This document shows, in pieces, positions 62,031-64,000 of a stretch of DNA of 64,000 nt. Source of the DNA: Escherichia phage JS10; sequence record EU863409. One strand, given 5' to 3'. The translations under genes and the position numbers were made by a program. Numbering within the stretch: the stretch's first letter is position 1; each line of letters begins with the position of its first letter. The notes beneath the pieces were generated by a model, which saw only the letters and a list, made by a program, of their open reading frames with translations, was not told the DNA's origin and made no database searches.

Positions 62031-64000
62031 TTACCCTTGGATGAATTTTTCTGGTATGTCATAGAGGTCTATGCATGAAGCCAAAAGAGGCAGTACGTCA
62101 AACCGTGTAGATTTAACAAATGAATCAAAAGATACAGGGCTTTCGGAAGTATCGAAGTCATCTTGGTATACGACCAACTCACCGGTTTCCATTAGTACGT
62201 CACCATCATACACTACAGATTCTTGAAGCTCATCCGTCGTCATAACTTCGGCTTGAACGAGTTTTGTATTACTAGATGTCGTTCCGTCATTATTAGAGGC
62301 ATCAGTTATTTTATTAACTTTGACCATCAATCCGCGTGGTAGAATAACTTCAGCTTCTGTTGCTATTCCAAGACTTCCTGGATATACCGCATTAACTTTA
62401 TGGGCTCCATCAATTGCCCATCCTATTTGAACTTTAACGTAATCAGGGTTTTCTTTATACGCTCTTATTTCATTAGGATTAATGGTTATTCCTTCTTCAT
62501 TTTTATCGACTGTCAATTCGTTGCGAACTTCCGGTTCTAAAAGACCAACCCCGGCATGTGTAACACCAAAACGTCCAAAAATGATAGGAGTCAGTGAAGT
62601 AGATACAAAATTTCTAAAATAAAATACCTTATTTTTAACTAGTGCTTCGTATATAGGAGCGGTCATACTCTGTGCACGATAAACTGTAATGCCTTCTGGT
62701 ATACGGTCACCATTTTCAAAAGCTGAATCAAGATTATTAACAGCAGATTCAATAGACCTTTCATTCATTACATCATAGTTCTGAGGATTATAACGTCCTA
62801 AAAGAAGATTATTGATGTCGGTATAACCTGAGCCGCAGTATTCTCTGATGCCGCGCTTTTGTGATGGGGTGTATTTAGAACCATCACGAGCGATAGTAAT
62901 ATCGACCATAATACCACCACCTACACCGGCAAAACTATAAATGCGTTTTTTAATGAACTTGGTCTTGGCCGCTTTCCACTTGGACTCGGTTAATTCATTC
63001 CAGACGTCGTCAGGTTGACCTTTACGAGTTTTGTTATGCATAGCCAGCCATTCGCCTTTATATTCTTCAAAAACCGTATTAATAACAGAGGCATATTTTT
63101 CTAGAGCTTTAACAGATGTCAAAGGTTCGTTTTTGATGGCTGTAAGAATTTTATCTTTAATTTTCTCTTGGATTTCACCTATACCGTGAAGAGGAAACAT
63201 TTTATATTCGTAATGCAATTCTTCAGCAGTGCCTTCAGCTACTATATTAGCAACTTTATTTTTAGCCGCAGGAGAATTGTTATTAGTGACCATTTCCTGT
63301 GCCTCAGGGATTAATGGAGCTGTTGCAGGTTTATTAAAATCTGCTGCAGTAGCTTCATATTTCTTAAACAGTTCACTTTCATTACGATAAGATTCTAAAG
63401 ACTGACTTGCTGCAATAGCGCGACGAGAAATCTTAGTCTTGGTTATAACCATTTTATCAGTGCGACGTTCTTCAACTTTAGCAATACTGCCGGCAATAGC
63501 AGTTTCTTTAGTAACCTGCACACCTTCTTTTTTAGAAATATAAACTTCACCAACATCAGAATCTACCTTAGTATACAATTCGGCATTAATTCCTGGCATA
63601 CCTTTGATATCTTCAATATCAGCTTGTTTACGAACTACTAGGATATAAGTATGTTTACCGGTAAATTGGTACATAGCCGGAACTACTTTGAAGCGTCCAC
63701 CAGTTTTTTGAGTTACCAGACGTTGGATAATCCGTTGGACAATAGGCCCTTGCCCTTTCATTTTCTTGGTTGGAAAACGGAACATCACAGCATCCATACG
63801 AAGCTTTTTAACTTGTTCGAATACTACGTCGAAAATGGTATTAATAGCATCAATAGGAGTAGGGCCTAAGCCGCCTTTAAGTTCGGCTGGAGAACCTTTA
63901 GCCGAAAGGCTCATAAGGATAACGTGGGCGTATTTATCACCTAATTTAACCTGTTTAATAGCATCGCCTTCAGAGGCATAAGATACCATACGAGCAACTA
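62031..64000 (-). CDS. Alt-like ADP-ribosyltransferase, copy 2 (5-prime end beyond window)
   Basis: Paralog of copy 1 (VYRAQ, FVSTSL, EAEVILPRG); frame stays open upstream of the track Met to the window edge (VAR-MVSYASEGD aligns with copy 1). Confidence 0.85.
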   Translation of the reverse strand, partial: VARMVSYASEGDAIKQVKLGDKYAHVILMSLSAKGSPAELKGGLGPTPIDAINTIFDVVFEQVKKLRMDAVMFRFPTKKMKGQGPIVQRIIQRLVTQKTGGRFKVVPAMYQFTGKHTYILVVRKQADIEDIKGMPGINAELYTKVDSDVGEVYISKKEGVQVTKETAIAGSIAKVEERRTDKMVITKTKISRRAIAASQSLESYRNESELFKKYEATAADFNKPATAPLIPEAQEMVTNNNSPAAKNKVANIVAEGTAEELHYEYKMFPLHGIGEIQEKIKDKILTAIKNEPLTSVKALEKYASVINTVFEEYKGEWLAMHNKTRKGQPDDVWNELTESKWKAAKTKFIKKRIYSFAGVGGGIMVDITIARDGSKYTPSQKRGIREYCGSGYTDINNLLLGRYNPQNYDVMNERSIESAVNNLDSAFENGDRIPEGITVYRAQSMTAPIYEALVKNKVFYFRNFVSTSLTPIIFGRFGVTHAGVGLLEPEVRNELTVDKNEEGITINPNEIRAYKENPDYVKVQIGWAIDGAHKVNAVYPGSLGIATEAEVILPRGLMVKVNKITDASNNDGTTSSNTKLVQAEVMTTDELQESVVYDGDVLMETGELVVYQDDFDTSESPVSFDSFVKSTRFDVLPLLASCIDLYDIPEKFIQG

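Overview
This window is a contiguous segment of a T4-like (Tevenvirinae-type) myovirus genome, identified by gene order and by protein sequences I recognise from T4; no database search was run and all T4 lengths quoted are from memory. Layout: (1) 1-7076, minus strand: an early/accessory region of small genes, including a tandem array of five paralogous small ORFs with a shared C-terminal W-x-S-S-S-x-x-C tail, three tRNA genes (Arg-TCT, Asn-GTT, Met/Ile-CAT) and two internal-protein-like genes carrying a T4-type capsid targeting sequence. (2) 7073-10491, minus strand: 57B, 57A, 1, 3, 2, 4. (3) 10538-43850, plus strand: the late structural block 53, 5, 5.1-like, a GIY-YIG homing endonuclease insert, 5.4, 6-12, wac, 13-24, with gene 24 present as two diverged tandem copies. 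(4) 43878-51441: rnlB, two small genes, a plus-strand insert (collagen-like/CBM5-12-like protein plus a short Hoc-like protein) convergent on hoc, then inh-like, uvsW, uvsW.1. (5) 51502-59521: two tiny ORFs, uvsY, 25, 26 (minus) and 51, 27, 28, 29, 48, 54 (plus). (6) 59556-64000, minus strand: a small gene and two tandem Alt-like ADP-ribosyltransferase paralogs, the second running off the window. Regulatory signals read from the sequence include many TATAAATA late promoters, GTTTAC-N17/18-TACTAT early-type promoters with a conserved downstream element, one MotA-box-like middle promoter, and several hairpin terminators, two of which are repeated families. The most unusual region is the five-gene WxSSSxxC-tail array at 290-1534. 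No CRISPR array or integrase was seen.
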